In this document: one piece after another, positions 19,486 to 30,178 of the stretch
Layout: the number at the start of each line of letters is the position of its first letter
Position numbering within the stretch: position 1 is the stretch's first letter
Assembly (NCBI GenBank): GCA_964355955.1
Contig: CAYHFQ010000001.1
Span: 39,419 to 103,418, forward strand
Length of the DNA stretch: 64,000 nucleotides
Origin: an uncultured Gammaproteobacteria bacterium
GTDB lineage: Bacteria; Patescibacteriota; Patescibacteriia; UBA9934
Reading direction: 5' to 3'
Program-made: the position numbers and the translations under genes
The notes under the pieces: generated by a model
Database searches by the model: none
The model's input: only the letters and a program-made list of their open reading frames with translations
Told to the model about the DNA's origin: nothing

Positions 19486-22016
19486 CATACCTCCGTTTTG
19501 GCTACGTCTTCAGTGGCTTCGGTTAGTGGTACGTCAAGAGCAAGAGCGGTTGGCTCGGTGCGCGTTGTATAGTCAATTGGTCGCACCAATTTCTCGGTGT
19601 AACCAGGTTTGCTATAGCTGACGTAATACTGACTTGGTCCGACTAAAAAGGCGTAGCGACCGAAACGATCCGTTAAAACCGTTTCGATAAGTTTATTATA
19701 CACGGGCTCGAACAATCTGACGACGGTGTTACTCACAGGTTGCTTAGTCACCTCATCGTAAACAATTCCCCAGCCTTTTGGTTTACGGACGCGAGCTAAG
19801 CGACGCACTAAAATATAAACAATTATTTGCACGGCACACATGATAGCAGTGAAAATTGTAGGTGTAATGATGAACACGATGGCGGAGAGAATAATACCGG
19901 CGATGGCGACTATTTGCTGGCCATGACGTAAGAGACGAATGAGCGCGGCGTTACGAGGAGTGGCGAGCGTGATAGCACCAGCTGGATCGAGCGGAATATT
20001 GGCGGCAATAGTTGCCTCCTGATCCGTAACGGTGATAACTTGGCCCGTGTAGACATCGAGGAAGGTGCCGTCGTCTTTTTTACCTTGTAGAATTACACTT
20101 GGGAAGGAATAGTTTGGCTTGAGGACTTCGATAGTGTAGGTGCCAGCCGCAATGGATAACAAATACTCACCTTTTTGGTTGGTGACGACACTGCGGATAA
20201 GTTTATGTTCGGGGCTAGAAAATAGGCGGATGATAGCGAGATCCACCGGAAGTTTGGTGGCGGCGTTATAAACGGTGCCGAAGGCCTTGCGCTTGCGGCG
20301 AGCGAAGAAGAGGAAGGGGGCAGTGAAGAGATATTGCAAGTAGGGGAAGAGGCTGAAGGAGGAGGCGAGAACGACGGCTGAAGTAGCAGCGAGGACGGCT
20401 GTGGCTGGTGTGGCTATGTCTGTGGCGACTTGAACGGCGGGAATCTCACGAATAATATCGAGCTGAGTGGTGACGGCAGAGATTGCGACTGCTACGGCAC
20501 CTGTTGGCTCGACCGGGACTGGAGCAATGACGAGTTGTTTGAGTTCGATGGATGAGGCGAGGATGTGGTTAGTGACCGTAATGGTGGCGCTAGTTCCCTC
20601 TTGATAACCGAGATGACTGGCGGTGATTTGGTAAGTACCGTTCGGGACGTAAAAAGAATAGGAGCCACTGCTGCCGACGAGTACTGGGTTGATGGCACCG
20701 TAGGCCGAGGCGTTCCAGGCAGTACGTGAGCCGCCGCTAGTTTGGTAGACGGTCACCATGGCGCCACTGACCGGCACCCATGATTTATTGATGACTTCGT
20801 AGACCATGCCGCTGCCTTGGACGTTGAGCGTGTAGGAGGAGGTGCTGGCAGTGCCATCGGAGTGGTCGGCTTGAATGGTGAGCGCGGTATCGACGGATGG
20901 TAAGACGATGTTGGCAGTGTAAGTACCGCCACTGGCGACTAAAACGTAGGCAACGTGGTCTATGATGACACGAGCTTCGGTAACGGGAACAGATTCGTCT
21001 AGGGTGACGCTGATGGTGGAAGAAGTGCCAGCGAGAGTAGTAAAAGTGTTAGCGTCTGGAGTGAGCGTCAGGCCACCGTCGACGATGAGAACGGCTGAGG
21101 TTGTAGTAGCTGGAATGACTGGTGGTTCGGTGATGGCTGGTTCAACTGGTGGCGTGGTTGGTTCGGAGGTAGGTGGTGTTGTAGCTGGGGCCGAGTCTGG
21201 AGAAGAAGCTGGCGATGGCGCTGGACTTGGAGCAGGCACTGGAGTTGGTGACGGTGTAGGAGATGGTTCTGGAGTTGGGATAGGTTCTGGGGTTGGTTCG
21301 GGCGTCGGCTCGGGAGTAGGATCGACGGGTGGAATGTCTGGTACGGGGTCTGGAGTTGGATCGGGCGTAGGGGTTGGATCTGGAGTGGGATCGCCGCCGC
21401 AAGCGCCACAGCCGTTGCCACCGTTATTATTGTCAGCTGGAGCTGCGATGGTGCCAGAAACGCCGCCCGAATTACTAGTTACGAAGGGTAAGGGGATGGA
21501 GCCAGAGTCGCCGAAGGTACCGCCGAGCGTAATGTAATAGGTGGCCGCGATGATTGGATTAGTAATTTGGTGTGTGCCACTGCCAGAAGCTGAGGCATTA
21601 GTGCCGACTTCCACCACGACTGAACTGCCGAGAGCGATGTCTCCGCCGTTGCCAGCACAGATGGTGATAGTAAGGACGTTACCAGCCATGGCGACCGAGG
21701 CTTGGTCGGCGCCAGCACAGTTGCTAGCAGTGGTGAGGTCCACACCATCGTCGGCAATATCTACGTCGTCCTCTGTGATGCTAGTTGTAGTAAATTGGGA
21801 GGCGAAGGTGAAAGTTAGGGTGCTACCACCACTAATATTACTTGCTGGCACGAAAACGAATTTGTGGTTGGAGGCAGCCGAAATGACGAGCGATGATGGT
21901 TGATCGTAAAGATCGGTTACGGTGGCGGCTTGGGCGAGGTTGGTTAACGGCAAAACACACACTCCTCCGAGTATGACAAAAAAAGTAGCACGTAAAGCTA
22001 GGAAAAACTTCCTCAC
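19485..22016 (-). CDS. Membrane-anchored surface protein with carboxypeptidase-regulatory-like domains and Pro-Thr linker
   Basis: Signal peptide, PTPEPTP repeats, repeated G.VY...PV....V.L....T...G.Y.F.V..G.Y motif, TM segments; start is GTG. Confidence 0.8.
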   Translation of the reverse strand: MRKFFLALRATFFVILGGVCVLPLTNLAQAATVTDLYDQPSSLVISAASNHKFVFVPASNISGGSTLTFTFASQFTTTSITEDDVDIADDGVDLTTASNCAGADQASVAMAGNVLTITICAGNGGDIALGSSVVVEVGTNASASGSGTHQITNPIIAATYYITLGGTFGDSGSIPLPFVTSNSGGVSGTIAAPADNNNGGNGCGACGGDPTPDPTPTPDPTPDPVPDIPPVDPTPEPTPEPTPEPIPTPEPSPTPSPTPVPAPSPAPSPASSPDSAPATTPPTSEPTTPPVEPAITEPPVIPATTTSAVLIVDGGLTLTPDANTFTTLAGTSSTISVTLDESVPVTEARVIIDHVAYVLVASGGTYTANIVLPSVDTALTIQADHSDGTASTSSYTLNVQGSGMVYEVINKSWVPVSGAMVTVYQTSGGSRTAWNASAYGAINPVLVGSSGSYSFYVPNGTYQITASHLGYQEGTSATITVTNHILASSIELKQLVIAPVPVEPTGAVAVAISAVTTQLDIIREIPAVQVATDIATPATAVLAATSAVVLASSFSLFPYLQYLFTAPFLFFARRKRKAFGTVYNAATKLPVDLAIIRLFSSPEHKLIRSVVTNQKGEYLLSIAAGTYTIEVLKPNYSFPSVILQGKKDDGTFLDVYTGQVITVTDQEATIAANIPLDPAGAITLATPRNAALIRLLRHGQQIVAIAGIILSAIVFIITPTIFTAIMCAVQIIVYILVRRLARVRKPKGWGIVYDEVTKQPVSNTVVRLFEPVYNKLIETVLTDRFGRYAFLVGPSQYYVSYSKPGYTEKLVRPIDYTTRTEPTALALDVPLTEATEDVAKTEV
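21230..21392 (-). repeat. Pro-Thr/Pro-Glu low-complexity coding repeat
   Basis: [14 protein letters not shown]...[10 protein letters not shown]. Confidence 0.85.
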
Positions 22017-22025
22017 ACTGTGGTT

Positions 22026-22946
22026 TTACCGCCGACTGCGATGCCTGCGGACAGAGACTGTGATGATTGCACCAAGCCCGATGATGACTGCCAAGGCTCG
22101 CCAAGGCAGCACTATGACGTGCGTGGCTTGGTTGAGCGTGGCGTCAGCGCCGGGATATGGGGCGGCCAACAGTTCTGCCGTAAAGAAGCCAACTTTAAGA
22201 TTGGTAACTTCGCGCCATAACTCTTGAAAGAAGTTGCCAGTGACACGAGTAGCGCCCCAGGTGGCAGTGAAGGCTCGGTTCTGAGCCGAAGGAATGCGCC
22301 TGAGAGTTGGATTCATGTCGAAGGTCGCGACTCGTTTACTGAAAACATTATACACCGTAACGGTGCCGAATGGTTGGAGTGTGCGGTCGCCGTTGTTGAT
22401 AATGTTGCTAGTGAAGTCTAGGGGCAATGAACTAGTAATGAATGATGAAGCCGAAAAGCTACTAAGCACTGGAAGAACTGACGGTTGACCAATGGTGACG
22501 AAGATGAGGCTGCTGACGCCGGGCGTAACCTGAACTGCAGCCGCTGCGGCGACTTCACGGATGATTACGCCGATGACGAGAGAGCTGGCGGTGGTGTTGG
22601 TTGGAGGTGCGACAGCAAGCGTAACTGTTTTTTGTTGGTTGGCGTCGAGAGTGAAGGCTTGAGTGTCGATGGTGACAGATGAATTCAGTGAAGTTGGCCA
22701 GGCGTCGAAGATAGGCTCACTAGTAATAGGATCGAAATGGACGAGGTTGAGGGTTGTTTGGTAGTTCTTGGTGTCAGTTGAATCGTTAGTGAGAGTAAAA
22801 ATCTTTGTAAGAGACTCGCCGGGCATTAAGGATAAATCTGTGGCGGTTGGCGTGAATGACATGGCTTGAACCGAACTTGGTAATACAAAAATCAAGAGCG
22901 TAAAAACGGCGAGTAATAAGTGGCGAAGACTAGTAGTCGCCGACAT
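22026..22946 (-). CDS. Secreted Ig-like protein with C-terminal TM anchor (DUF916/WxL-interacting-like)
   Basis: Signal peptide, NNGD...PFG motif, C-terminal TM plus basic tail; start overlaps the upstream stop. Confidence 0.65.
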   Translation of the reverse strand: MSATTSLRHLLLAVFTLLIFVLPSSVQAMSFTPTATDLSLMPGESLTKIFTLTNDSTDTKNYQTTLNLVHFDPITSEPIFDAWPTSLNSSVTIDTQAFTLDANQQKTVTLAVAPPTNTTASSLVIGVIIREVAAAAAVQVTPGVSSLIFVTIGQPSVLPVLSSFSASSFITSSLPLDFTSNIINNGDRTLQPFGTVTVYNVFSKRVATFDMNPTLRRIPSAQNRAFTATWGATRVTGNFFQELWREVTNLKVGFFTAELLAAPYPGADATLNQATHVIVLPWRALAVIIGLGAIITVSVRRHRSRR

Positions 22947-23844
22947 AAATGAGGCTAAGGGTTTGCGTATAGGTGCCGGAAGCCTGGCCGCTGATTGGCG
23001 CAACCTTGAGGGTGAGGAAGTCGCGGGTGCTAAAACTGTTGTCGCTACGGCTGGCAACTTGCTGGAGCGATGAAGTGATGGCCGTGTCTACCGTGTCGAA
23101 GGTTGATGATGTAAGGCTGGTGTCAGAGGACTTGGCGCCATATTCCCCCGCACTAGCACTAACTGTGCCGTCGGCGACATCTGTGATTGCTACGCTGTCG
23201 GCGTTTCGGAGGTCGTGATCCTCCATGACGTAGACACTGTAGCCCTGGGCGACGTCGGCGGTAACGTCCCAGCCAATCAGCGAGGTGGTGACGGCAGACG
23301 AGGTGAGCGTACCGAGGTCGAGAGTGTTGCCTGAAAGGCGGTAGACAAGGTCATTACTGCCGTCAATTGTTGGCCCAGCCCCGTTAAATGCGTCGACTGT
23401 AATAATTGGGCTAGCGATAGAGGTTATTTTTCCTATTTCGGCGACCTGGCTGCTGCCCTCGTCCTGAATGACCGCGATGTAGTCCCCAACCGAGTAACCC
23501 GAGGTGGAAGTGACAGTGACGGTAGTGGCAGTAGCGCTAGAGGCGGCGACGGCGCTCGACCGCAGTTGAGAGTTGACGGTGAAGTCCGCCACACGGTCGT
23601 AAACGCCGGCTCGGTAGCCGGAGTTTAGCTGGTAGCTGGCCGAGGAAGAGGCGCCTTGGACAAAGCCGAAGTTGTCGCGCAGTTTGTAGGTGGCGGAGGA
23701 CGCGGTATCTGATCCGCCGACGCCGACCGAGTCCCAACCGATGGAGTAATTGGTAGAAGACATGACAGCCAAAACCTGAGGGGCGTTCGAGGCCAATGCT
23801 AAGAGAAACATGACTAGCAAGATGAGGCGCCAACGTCGCTGCAT
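22930..23844 (-). CDS. Secreted Ser/Thr-rich surface protein (WxL-like C-terminus)
   Basis: Signal peptide, MSSTNYSI..DS..GG, C-terminal QASGTYTQTLSLIYVGDY. Confidence 0.7.
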   Translation of the reverse strand: MQRRWRLILLVMFLLALASNAPQVLAVMSSTNYSIGWDSVGVGGSDTASSATYKLRDNFGFVQGASSSASYQLNSGYRAGVYDRVADFTVNSQLRSSAVAASSATATTVTVTSTSGYSVGDYIAVIQDEGSSQVAEIGKITSIASPIITVDAFNGAGPTIDGSNDLVYRLSGNTLDLGTLTSSAVTTSLIGWDVTADVAQGYSVYVMEDHDLRNADSVAITDVADGTVSASAGEYGAKSSDTSLTSSTFDTVDTAITSSLQQVASRSDNSFSTRDFLTLKVAPISGQASGTYTQTLSLIYVGDY

Positions 23845-24076
23845 ATGGCCACAGTATACCGCTAAAGGCTCGACTGAACCATGTTGGGTGACCCGTCACT
23901 GTTGGTAACTCGTGGATTAATTGAATACTTAAATTAAATTTTGTAAGTTTCACACTGTTTCATGTAGATGTCTACTCTAGCGTAGACAAAAATGGGTGTT
24001 TTTGGCTATTTTTACACTTTTCGATACTTAAATTTGGGTGAATTTTGAATAATTTACACAGGCAAAAGCCGGTAAC

Positions 24077-24579
24077 TGTGGATAACTTTTGTCAGAACTA
24101 AGGTGATATTTAGTAACGGTTCTGAGCGTTACAGTTACCTGCGGCGGTTATTATATTTTGGTTTTGATCACTCCGAAACCTGTCTATGAGCATGTCACCG
24201 AAATCAATAACTGGTAAGGTTTCAGATTCATAATTTAAGAAAATTTAACTAAATTTTGACTTGGATGAATACAAAAATTACGTAAATTTGTCTATGGCGT
24301 GTTGGGCATAATCTATAATCAATGTTATATATAATTTGGCTAGTATTAGCCTAAATTTGTTTTATTCCGATTTAAAATTGATTCGTAGACCGGCGGTTTG
24401 GTAATAAAATTAATAATAACAATCATATAAAAGTGGATAAATATCTGATCCTTATACCGAAAGTGTGTTTTGAATTTACTGAACTTGAAAAATATTAGTT
24501 AGCCATATATCTAGTAGTAACAATTCTGTAAATTTATAGAGATTCGACACTTATCCACACAATCCACAGGTTATCAACA
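24077..24579. promoter_or_regulatory. DnaA-box cluster in a ~1 kb AT-rich intergenic region
   Basis: TGTGGATAA 24077, AGTGGATAA 24432, TTATCCACA 24551, TTATCAACA 24571. Confidence 0.7.
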
Positions 24580-24660
24580 GAAATTTATCGTTGAAATGAC
24601 CAATAAAAACCCTGTTACACGTGCCATTTATCAAAAATCCCAATAAAATCGCAAAAAAAC

Positions 24661-24688
24661 AAAATCAGTCACCTGAGTGACTGATTTT
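24661..24688 (-). terminator. Terminator downstream of the tRNA pair
   Basis: AAAATCAGTCAC-ctga-GTGACTGATTTT with T-tract on the minus strand. Confidence 0.75.
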
Positions 24689-24851
24689 GGTTGCCGAATT
24701 CATCTCGCTGATATATTCGATTGCCTGCAAACTGATATATCGCCACTGCATCAACGAACGCTGAGCGTAGTTGAATGACAAGTGGCAAACTCGTTGTCAA
24801 CCCACTAAAGCTGAGTTTTAGTGATATGCCGACAACCGAGCTGAGCTCGGG

Positions 24852-24924
24852 TGGACCTGAGCGGATTCGAACCGCTGACCTCTGCAATGCGAATGCAGCG
24901 CTCTACCAACTGAGCCACAAGCCC
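24852..24924 (-). tRNA. tRNA-Ala(CGC), CCA not encoded
   Basis: Cloverleaf GGGCTTG...CTGCA-TTCGCAT-TGCAG...TTCGAATC...CAGGTCCA with G3:U70. Confidence 0.93.
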
Positions 24925-25002
24925 TCATTGTAACTTTGTAAACAGAGTTGTAACACGTGCTGTAACTTATTTGTCTAGAATAGCCTAGACAAATATCTTT
25001 CT

Positions 25003-25079
25003 TGGTGACCTCGACAGGAGTTGAACCTGTAACCTTGTCCTTAGGACGGACCTGCTCTATCCAGTTGAGCTACGAGGTC
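25003..25079 (-). tRNA. tRNA-Arg(CCT)
   Basis: GACCTCG/CGAGGTC acceptor, anticodon CCT, TTCAACT loop, encoded CCA. Confidence 0.92.
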
Positions 25080-25090
25080 ATATTCCAGCC

Positions 25091-25253
25091 CTGCCAGCTT
25101 TGGCCTATTTTGGGCTTGTTGCGGCGTCGACTTCTTCAACTCACGACCAAAGTGAGTCTCAGAAAGTCGACTTGCTCCGCACCCAAACTAGTCTCAAATC
25201 TGACAGTCCTGTCTGCTCTGTTCATCGAAACTAGCCTCAAATCTGAAAGTTCC
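25091..25253 (-). repeat. ~110-nt hairpin repeat, copy A plus a partial second copy
   Basis: Shares GGCCTATTTT and AAACTAGYCTCAAATCTGA arms with 35263-35387 and 55374-55498. Confidence 0.75.
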
Positions 25254-25336
25254 GCGTACATCGTTCGTCTGTTGTCGTGCTATACTACAAGCTCGAGAAC
25301 AGGGCGAGTATAGTCATTTTTAAGCTTTGGGTCAAT

Positions 25337-26473
25337 ATGGAAAATATCCTGCTCGTGATTACTTTAGTTGTACTGGTGGCTAGTGTAACGTTTTATTTTT
25401 ATCGTGAGGTTAGCAAAAAAACCGACGGTGGAGAGCTGGCTAAAGAATTAGGAACGGCGCTCGATAACTTACGCCAGGAGATGCAGCGCTTGAATAGCGA
25501 GCAGCGCCAAGAGGTCCATGCCAAGCTTGATCGAACAAATGATCAATTATACCGAGGGATTAGCGACTCGCAAAAGAGTGCAGCAGCCCAGTTCGAACAG
25601 ATGATGAAGAACATGCAGGATGCCAGCAAAACTATGCAGGATGTGACAGGTAAGCTGGCTACACTCGATGCAACCAATAAGCAGGTGCTCGATTTCTCGT
25701 CACAATTGCAGAATTTGCAGAATATTTTAAAGAATCCTAAGCAACGTGGTGTGCTAGGTGAGTACTGGCTCGAAACGTTATTGGGCAACGTCCTACCGAA
25801 GGATGCTTATAAGGTGCAATATCATCTTGGTGTAAACGAAGCTACTGGCAAGGAATTGATTGCAGATGCCGTGATTCTGGTGCGCGATCAGATTATTCCG
25901 ATTGATGCTAAGTTTAGCCTGGAGAATTACAATCGCTTGATGGAGGAGCAAGACCCAGCTCGCAAAGTACAACTGGAAAAAGACTTGAAGTCTGATATTC
26001 AAACGCGAATTGATGAAACGTCAAAGTATATTCAACAACAGAACGGCACCATGAACTTTGCCTTCATGTTTATTCCGGCTGAGGGTGTCTACTACAATTT
26101 GATGAATGCGGAGATTGGTTCCGGCATTAACAGCCGTAATTTGCTGGAATACGCCTTCAGCAAACACGTAATGATTGTTTCGCCGACGTCGTTCTTTGCT
26201 TACTTGCAGACCGTGCTGCTAGGACTGCGAGAGTTACAGCTCGAGAAATCAACCCAGGACATTTTAAAGCGTGTGGCCGATTTGGGTAAGCATTTCCGAG
26301 CCTTTGCGGAGTTCCATAGCAAGGTTGGTAATAACTTAACGACAGTCATTAACCAATATAACTTGTCGAGTAATGAACTCAAGAAGATGAGTAAGGATGT
26401 GGTGAAGATTACGGATGGCTCGAGCGATGAAGTGCTCGAGATGGCGACGATTGAGAGGCCGGTGATTGAATAG
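25337..26473 (+). CDS. rmuC: DNA recombination protein RmuC
   Basis: N-terminal TM, coiled coil, NPKQRGVLGE, PIDAKF, FAFMFIPAEG, VSPT. Confidence 0.95.
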   Translation: MENILLVITLVVLVASVTFYFYREVSKKTDGGELAKELGTALDNLRQEMQRLNSEQRQEVHAKLDRTNDQLYRGISDSQKSAAAQFEQMMKNMQDASKTMQDVTGKLATLDATNKQVLDFSSQLQNLQNILKNPKQRGVLGEYWLETLLGNVLPKDAYKVQYHLGVNEATGKELIADAVILVRDQIIPIDAKFSLENYNRLMEEQDPARKVQLEKDLKSDIQTRIDETSKYIQQQNGTMNFAFMFIPAEGVYYNLMNAEIGSGINSRNLLEYAFSKHVMIVSPTSFFAYLQTVLLGLRELQLEKSTQDILKRVADLGKHFRAFAEFHSKVGNNLTTVINQYNLSSNELKKMSKDVVKITDGSSDEVLEMATIERPVIE

Positions 26474-26532
26474 ACCAGCCAACCCAAATAGTGATAAACT
26501 CCAATAGACTTAGTTTATTGGAGTTTTGTATT

Positions 26533-26997
26533 ATGAATGATTTAGAATATTTAGCACTAGCGACAAAACAAGCAAGAAGCTCGGCTGAACAAGGCGGCTT
26601 TCCGGCTGGAGCCGTGCTGGTGAAGGATGGCTTGGTTGTTGCCCAAGGAGTGAGTATTGGTGCTACATTGTGTGATCCGACAAGCCACGGCGAGATAGCG
26701 ACGATTCGCGAGGCCTGCAATCAACTTAAAACGACGAGTTTAATTGGAGCAACGCTTTATACGTCGATGGAGCCATGCTTAATGTGTTTCTGTGCAGCTT
26801 ATTGGGCCGATGTGTCCAGGATTGTTTATGGTTGTCGACGAACGCCGGAGATGATTAAGAATGGTTATTATCAAGGGACTACGGAGATTGCGATGGTAAA
26901 TGCGGATAATAATCGAAAGATTCAATTAGAGTTTAGACCTGAATTTGAAGATGAAGTACAGCAACTAATTTCTGATTGGGCTGAGAGTGTTATATAA
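26533..26997 (+). CDS. Nucleoside deaminase (TadA/guanine deaminase family)
   Basis: DPTSHGE and EPCLMC zinc motifs. Confidence 0.9.
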   Translation: MNDLEYLALATKQARSSAEQGGFPAGAVLVKDGLVVAQGVSIGATLCDPTSHGEIATIREACNQLKTTSLIGATLYTSMEPCLMCFCAAYWADVSRIVYGCRRTPEMIKNGYYQGTTEIAMVNADNNRKIQLEFRPEFEDEVQQLISDWAESVI

Positions 26998-26998
26998 T

Positions 26999-27568
26999 AT
27001 GAAAATTATTCTCGGTTCGCAATCCAGGTTTAGGGCGCAGGCGCTGATGGAGGCGGGGATTGTGGTGGATGAATGTATAAGTCCGGGGATAGATGAGAAA
27101 GCGATACGAAATGATAATCCGGAAGAGTTGGTGCTGGCGTTGGCTAAGGCGAAAGCTGCAGCGATAATCGATAAGATTGATGGGCCGGCGATTTTGATTA
27201 CGGCGGATCAAGTGGTGATGTGTAATGGCGAAATACGGGAGAGGCCGGTAGATAGGGCGGAGGCAATAAGGTTTTTGGCAAGTTATGTAGCGTGGCCAGC
27301 AGTGGTAGTAAATGGACTGCAAGTGACGAATACGGCGACGGGTAAAGTGGCGACCGGGATTGATCGGTCCGAGATTATTTATAAGCCTACGCTGCTCGCG
27401 AAGATTGAAGAGATAGTGGATAATTCGTTTGCGCTTGAGGCGGCAGGTGCGTTAGTGGAGGAGAATCCGATGATGATTCCGCATGAGCTGAGACGAACAG
27501 GGGAGATTGATAGTTTTATGGGCATGCCGATTGAGTTGGTGAAGAGGTTGATGAGGGAAGTTGAGTAA
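26999..27568 (+). CDS. maf: Maf family nucleotide pyrophosphatase
   Basis: IILGSQS..R, IDEK, LAKAKA, ITADQVV, MGMP. Confidence 0.9.
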   Translation: MKIILGSQSRFRAQALMEAGIVVDECISPGIDEKAIRNDNPEELVLALAKAKAAAIIDKIDGPAILITADQVVMCNGEIRERPVDRAEAIRFLASYVAWPAVVVNGLQVTNTATGKVATGIDRSEIIYKPTLLAKIEEIVDNSFALEAAGALVEENPMMIPHELRRTGEIDSFMGMPIELVKRLMREVE

Positions 27569-27571
27569 CAC

Positions 27572-27602
27572 AAAACGTTACACCAGTTCGGTGTAACGTT
27601 TT
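27572..27602. terminator. Bidirectional terminator
   Basis: AAAACGTTACACC/GGTGTAACGTTTT perfect inverted repeat. Confidence 0.8.
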
Positions 27603-27619
27603 ATGTGTGATCGCGTCAA

Positions 27620-27889
27620 TTACTTTTTGAGAGCTAGGTTGAGCTTGGCGGCCAAGCGGGACTTGGTGCGACCAGCGGTGTTGGCGCTGATGACGTTCTT
27701 GCCAGCGGCTTTGTCCAAGGCTTGGGTCAACTTAGCGTAGATGGTCTTAGCATCCATAGCTTTGCCGGCTTCCAAGGCTTTGCGGAACTGGCGCTTCAAG
27801 CTGTCGACGAGGTTGCGGCGAACGGCGTTACGTTCAGCGCGCTTATTGGCTTGACGCAAGGCTTTGATGGCGTTTTGTAGGTTTGGCAT
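27620..27889 (-). CDS. rpsT: 30S ribosomal protein S20
   Basis: MPN..NAIKALRQ..KR..RN, LDKAA.K.VI..N.A.R.KSRL. Confidence 0.96.
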   Translation of the reverse strand: MPNLQNAIKALRQANKRAERNAVRRNLVDSLKRQFRKALEAGKAMDAKTIYAKLTQALDKAAGKNVISANTAGRTKSRLAAKLNLALKK

Positions 27890-27930
27890 AACAAAATTGG
27901 TGGGGAATTGATTAACTCAAGATTGTGCGA

Positions 27931-27959
27931 AGTGTAGCGGAAGTTCGAAAAAACGTCAA
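27931..27959 (-). promoter_or_regulatory. rpsT promoter TTGACG-N17-TACACT
   Basis: Near-consensus hexamers with 17-nt spacer. Confidence 0.75.
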
Positions 27960-28047
27960 GAAACCGTGCCTTAAACAGAATGAGGACCCCAACCCGGCGG
28001 CTGGCCAGATAGGGTCCTCGACGACGCGGTTCTATGTGGTTTTGTAC

Positions 28048-28617
28048 CTACTGACGGGGAACTGCCGTCAGAGCTTTTCCGCCATAGGTGTCACCTAACG
28101 AGCAGATGAGTGTTCGGATCTGGTTCTTGCGCTTCGTGACGCCCAGAATGTAACGATTCTCAACCTCGACATGATCACGCACGGAGCTTGTGTCTACGAG
28201 ACGGAAGATCGTCCCACAGACCACCAGCATGCTGAACCAGCTATCTGGGAAGAGGCTGGGATCCGCCTTGATGTGATCGATGATGTGACTCGGCAGCACG
28301 CTAGGATGTTCACTCAGCATGACCTTGCCGACCAGGAAGGCGTCGGACAACTGAGTAGGACAGAAGCGAACGTCAAGCCTATTGAAATCGAACCGGCCAC
28401 GGAAAAGGTTCGGCAGCTGATCCTCCTCATAGTAGGCATAACCCTCAGGGATCTTGGGGGTGACGGAGCAGTCGACCCAGACAGGCCTGCTGGAGGTGAT
28501 GAACTGGCGAAGGTGTTGGCGATCCTGAGCCATGGCGAGCAGATCCGCCGAGGTACCGTCTTCGGCAGCGATACTGGCAAGGAGGGTGTTGATACTGGAT
28601 TGGTCGAAAGAGTGCAT
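28048..28617 (-). CDS. Hypothetical protein, paralogue of 47581-48108 and 60770-61195
   Basis: AGGAG RBS; VDC...P, P.LFPDSW, GTIFR motifs. Confidence 0.7.
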   Translation of the reverse strand: MHSFDQSSINTLLASIAAEDGTSADLLAMAQDRQHLRQFITSSRPVWVDCSVTPKIPEGYAYYEEDQLPNLFRGRFDFNRLDVRFCPTQLSDAFLVGKVMLSEHPSVLPSHIIDHIKADPSLFPDSWFSMLVVCGTIFRLVDTSSVRDHVEVENRYILGVTKRKNQIRTLICSLGDTYGGKALTAVPRQ

Positions 28618-28686
28618 GGGAACTCCTGCAGGTGGGAAAGGGAAGCCACCTAGCGGCAGCCTATCACAAATTAGCCCTAGAGCAAA

Positions 28687-29658
28687 CTAAATAGCCAGCA
28701 TTTCAGCCACAAGGCGGTCCACAGCCAGGCCGGCGTCTAGGCCGCCGGTTTTGGCGTCGTGGTCTAGTTTGACGAGGAGTTGATGGAGATTCAAAAGCTG
28801 GAGGAGGGTGAAGCGCTTGGCTTGGCTGGTGGCTTTGCCGGCTACGAACGGGTGTAAGGAGAGGCGTTTGGCGACGTCCGCCGCGGCCCCAGGCTCGTCG
28901 GCGAGGAGGACGCGGATCTGTAGGAGAATGCGGATTTGGCGGGCCAACATGGTGAGGAGGTAGAAGTCGACGGAACCGGCGGCCCGTTCTGTGGCCAAGA
29001 GGCGCAGTGCGTTTTTGGCGTCGCGCTGACTGATAGCATCCACGAAGGCGAAAATGTTAGATTCACTGGAGCTTTGGACGAGTAGGTCGAGCATGGCGGA
29101 CGTGATTGGCTGGCCGCCCGAGTAGGCGACGAGTTTGGCGAGCTCGTTTTGTAGTTGCCAGGCGTCGGAGCCGACCCGCGTGGCGAGATCGGTAGCTGTC
29201 GATAACGTGAGTTGGCCGCCTTGTTTTTTGGCCTCTTCCACCAGCCAGGCGTAGAGAACAGAGCCGGTGCGTTTAACTTCGGAGTAAGTGTGGACTTCAG
29301 CCCCGTCTTTGAGGCGTTTGAAGAGTTCGTGCTTCTCGACCTTAGCGGAATCGAGATTGTCGACGAGGACGAGGATGGTAGAAGACGGGGTTTTGGCGAG
29401 GCCTTCCGCCCACATTATGGCGTCATCTTTCTTGAGGCCGTCCATGAGGTTATGAACAATGACCATACGCTTCTCGCTGAGAAAAGGCGAGGACATGATA
29501 GCCTGGAGCACGTCGGGATAGTCGGTATGGTCTTGGCCGATGGTGAAAGAAGCAAGATTGAGGCCAGTAGTATCAAATTTGGTAGTAAATTGCGTGGTTA
29601 ATTGCAAAAGTTTGGCTTTGAGCCGAACGCCGTCGTCGCCGTAAATGAAAATAATCAT
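28687..29658 (-). CDS. holA: DNA polymerase III delta subunit
   Basis: MIIFIYGDD, PFLSEKRMVIV, NELAKL, NIFAFVDAI, HPFV. Confidence 0.93.
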   Translation of the reverse strand: MIIFIYGDDGVRLKAKLLQLTTQFTTKFDTTGLNLASFTIGQDHTDYPDVLQAIMSSPFLSEKRMVIVHNLMDGLKKDDAIMWAEGLAKTPSSTILVLVDNLDSAKVEKHELFKRLKDGAEVHTYSEVKRTGSVLYAWLVEEAKKQGGQLTLSTATDLATRVGSDAWQLQNELAKLVAYSGGQPITSAMLDLLVQSSSESNIFAFVDAISQRDAKNALRLLATERAAGSVDFYLLTMLARQIRILLQIRVLLADEPGAAADVAKRLSLHPFVAGKATSQAKRFTLLQLLNLHQLLVKLDHDAKTGGLDAGLAVDRLVAEMLAI

Positions 29659-29768
29659 AGCTCCCCGATAGTAACGGATTTTGACGGAAAAAGCGAAGGC
29701 CCCAAGTCCAGGTGGACGAGGGGCCGACACGACGACGGTGAGAGCGGGCGGTGTGGACCGAGCCGATC

Positions 29769-30071
29769 CTACATGGCGAACTGGCGACGAGTGAAGATCC
29801 ACATGTCGACGCACGCGCCCGAAGGATTGTTCTCGATGGCCTCGATCTTGAAATCGACCAGTCCTCGAGTGGCAGTGGCGAGAATGCCCAACGCCGCATT
29901 GTGCATGGTGCGTTCCGCAGCCGTGTAGCGCACACGCAGCCTCACCTCACGTCCCACCTGCAAGCGGGTGATGAAGGTACCAAGGCAGAAGTCGCCGAGC
30001 ACTGCGCGGTAGGGTCGCAGATGACGATGCAGAGCAGCACGGTCACGAACGATGGTGACGGAAATAGCCAA
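29769..30071 (-). CDS. Hypothetical protein (SD-led orphan)
   Basis: GGAG 7 nt before a TTG start; downstream hairpin. Confidence 0.5.
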   Translation of the reverse strand: MAISVTIVRDRAALHRHLRPYRAVLGDFCLGTFITRLQVGREVRLRVRYTAAERTMHNAALGILATATRGLVDFKIEAIENNPSGACVDMWIFTRRQFAM

Positions 30072-30178
30072 GAGAGACTCCGGGTTTGCTGGGAGACGAG
30101 CCAGGGATTGGCACGAGGGGAGCAAAACGTGGCTAAAGTTTGCCACTAATATACAAAAAAGTCAACTTTAATATCGCT

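Noticed and set aside
21068-21421. CRISPR-like or tandem DNA array
   Set aside because: Degenerate codon-level repeats encoding a Pro-Thr linker; no constant repeat-spacer pattern and no cas genes
23845-24660. Replication origin (oriC)
   Set aside because: DnaA boxes are present, but I see no GC-skew inversion and no dnaA/dnaN; kept only as a DnaA-box cluster
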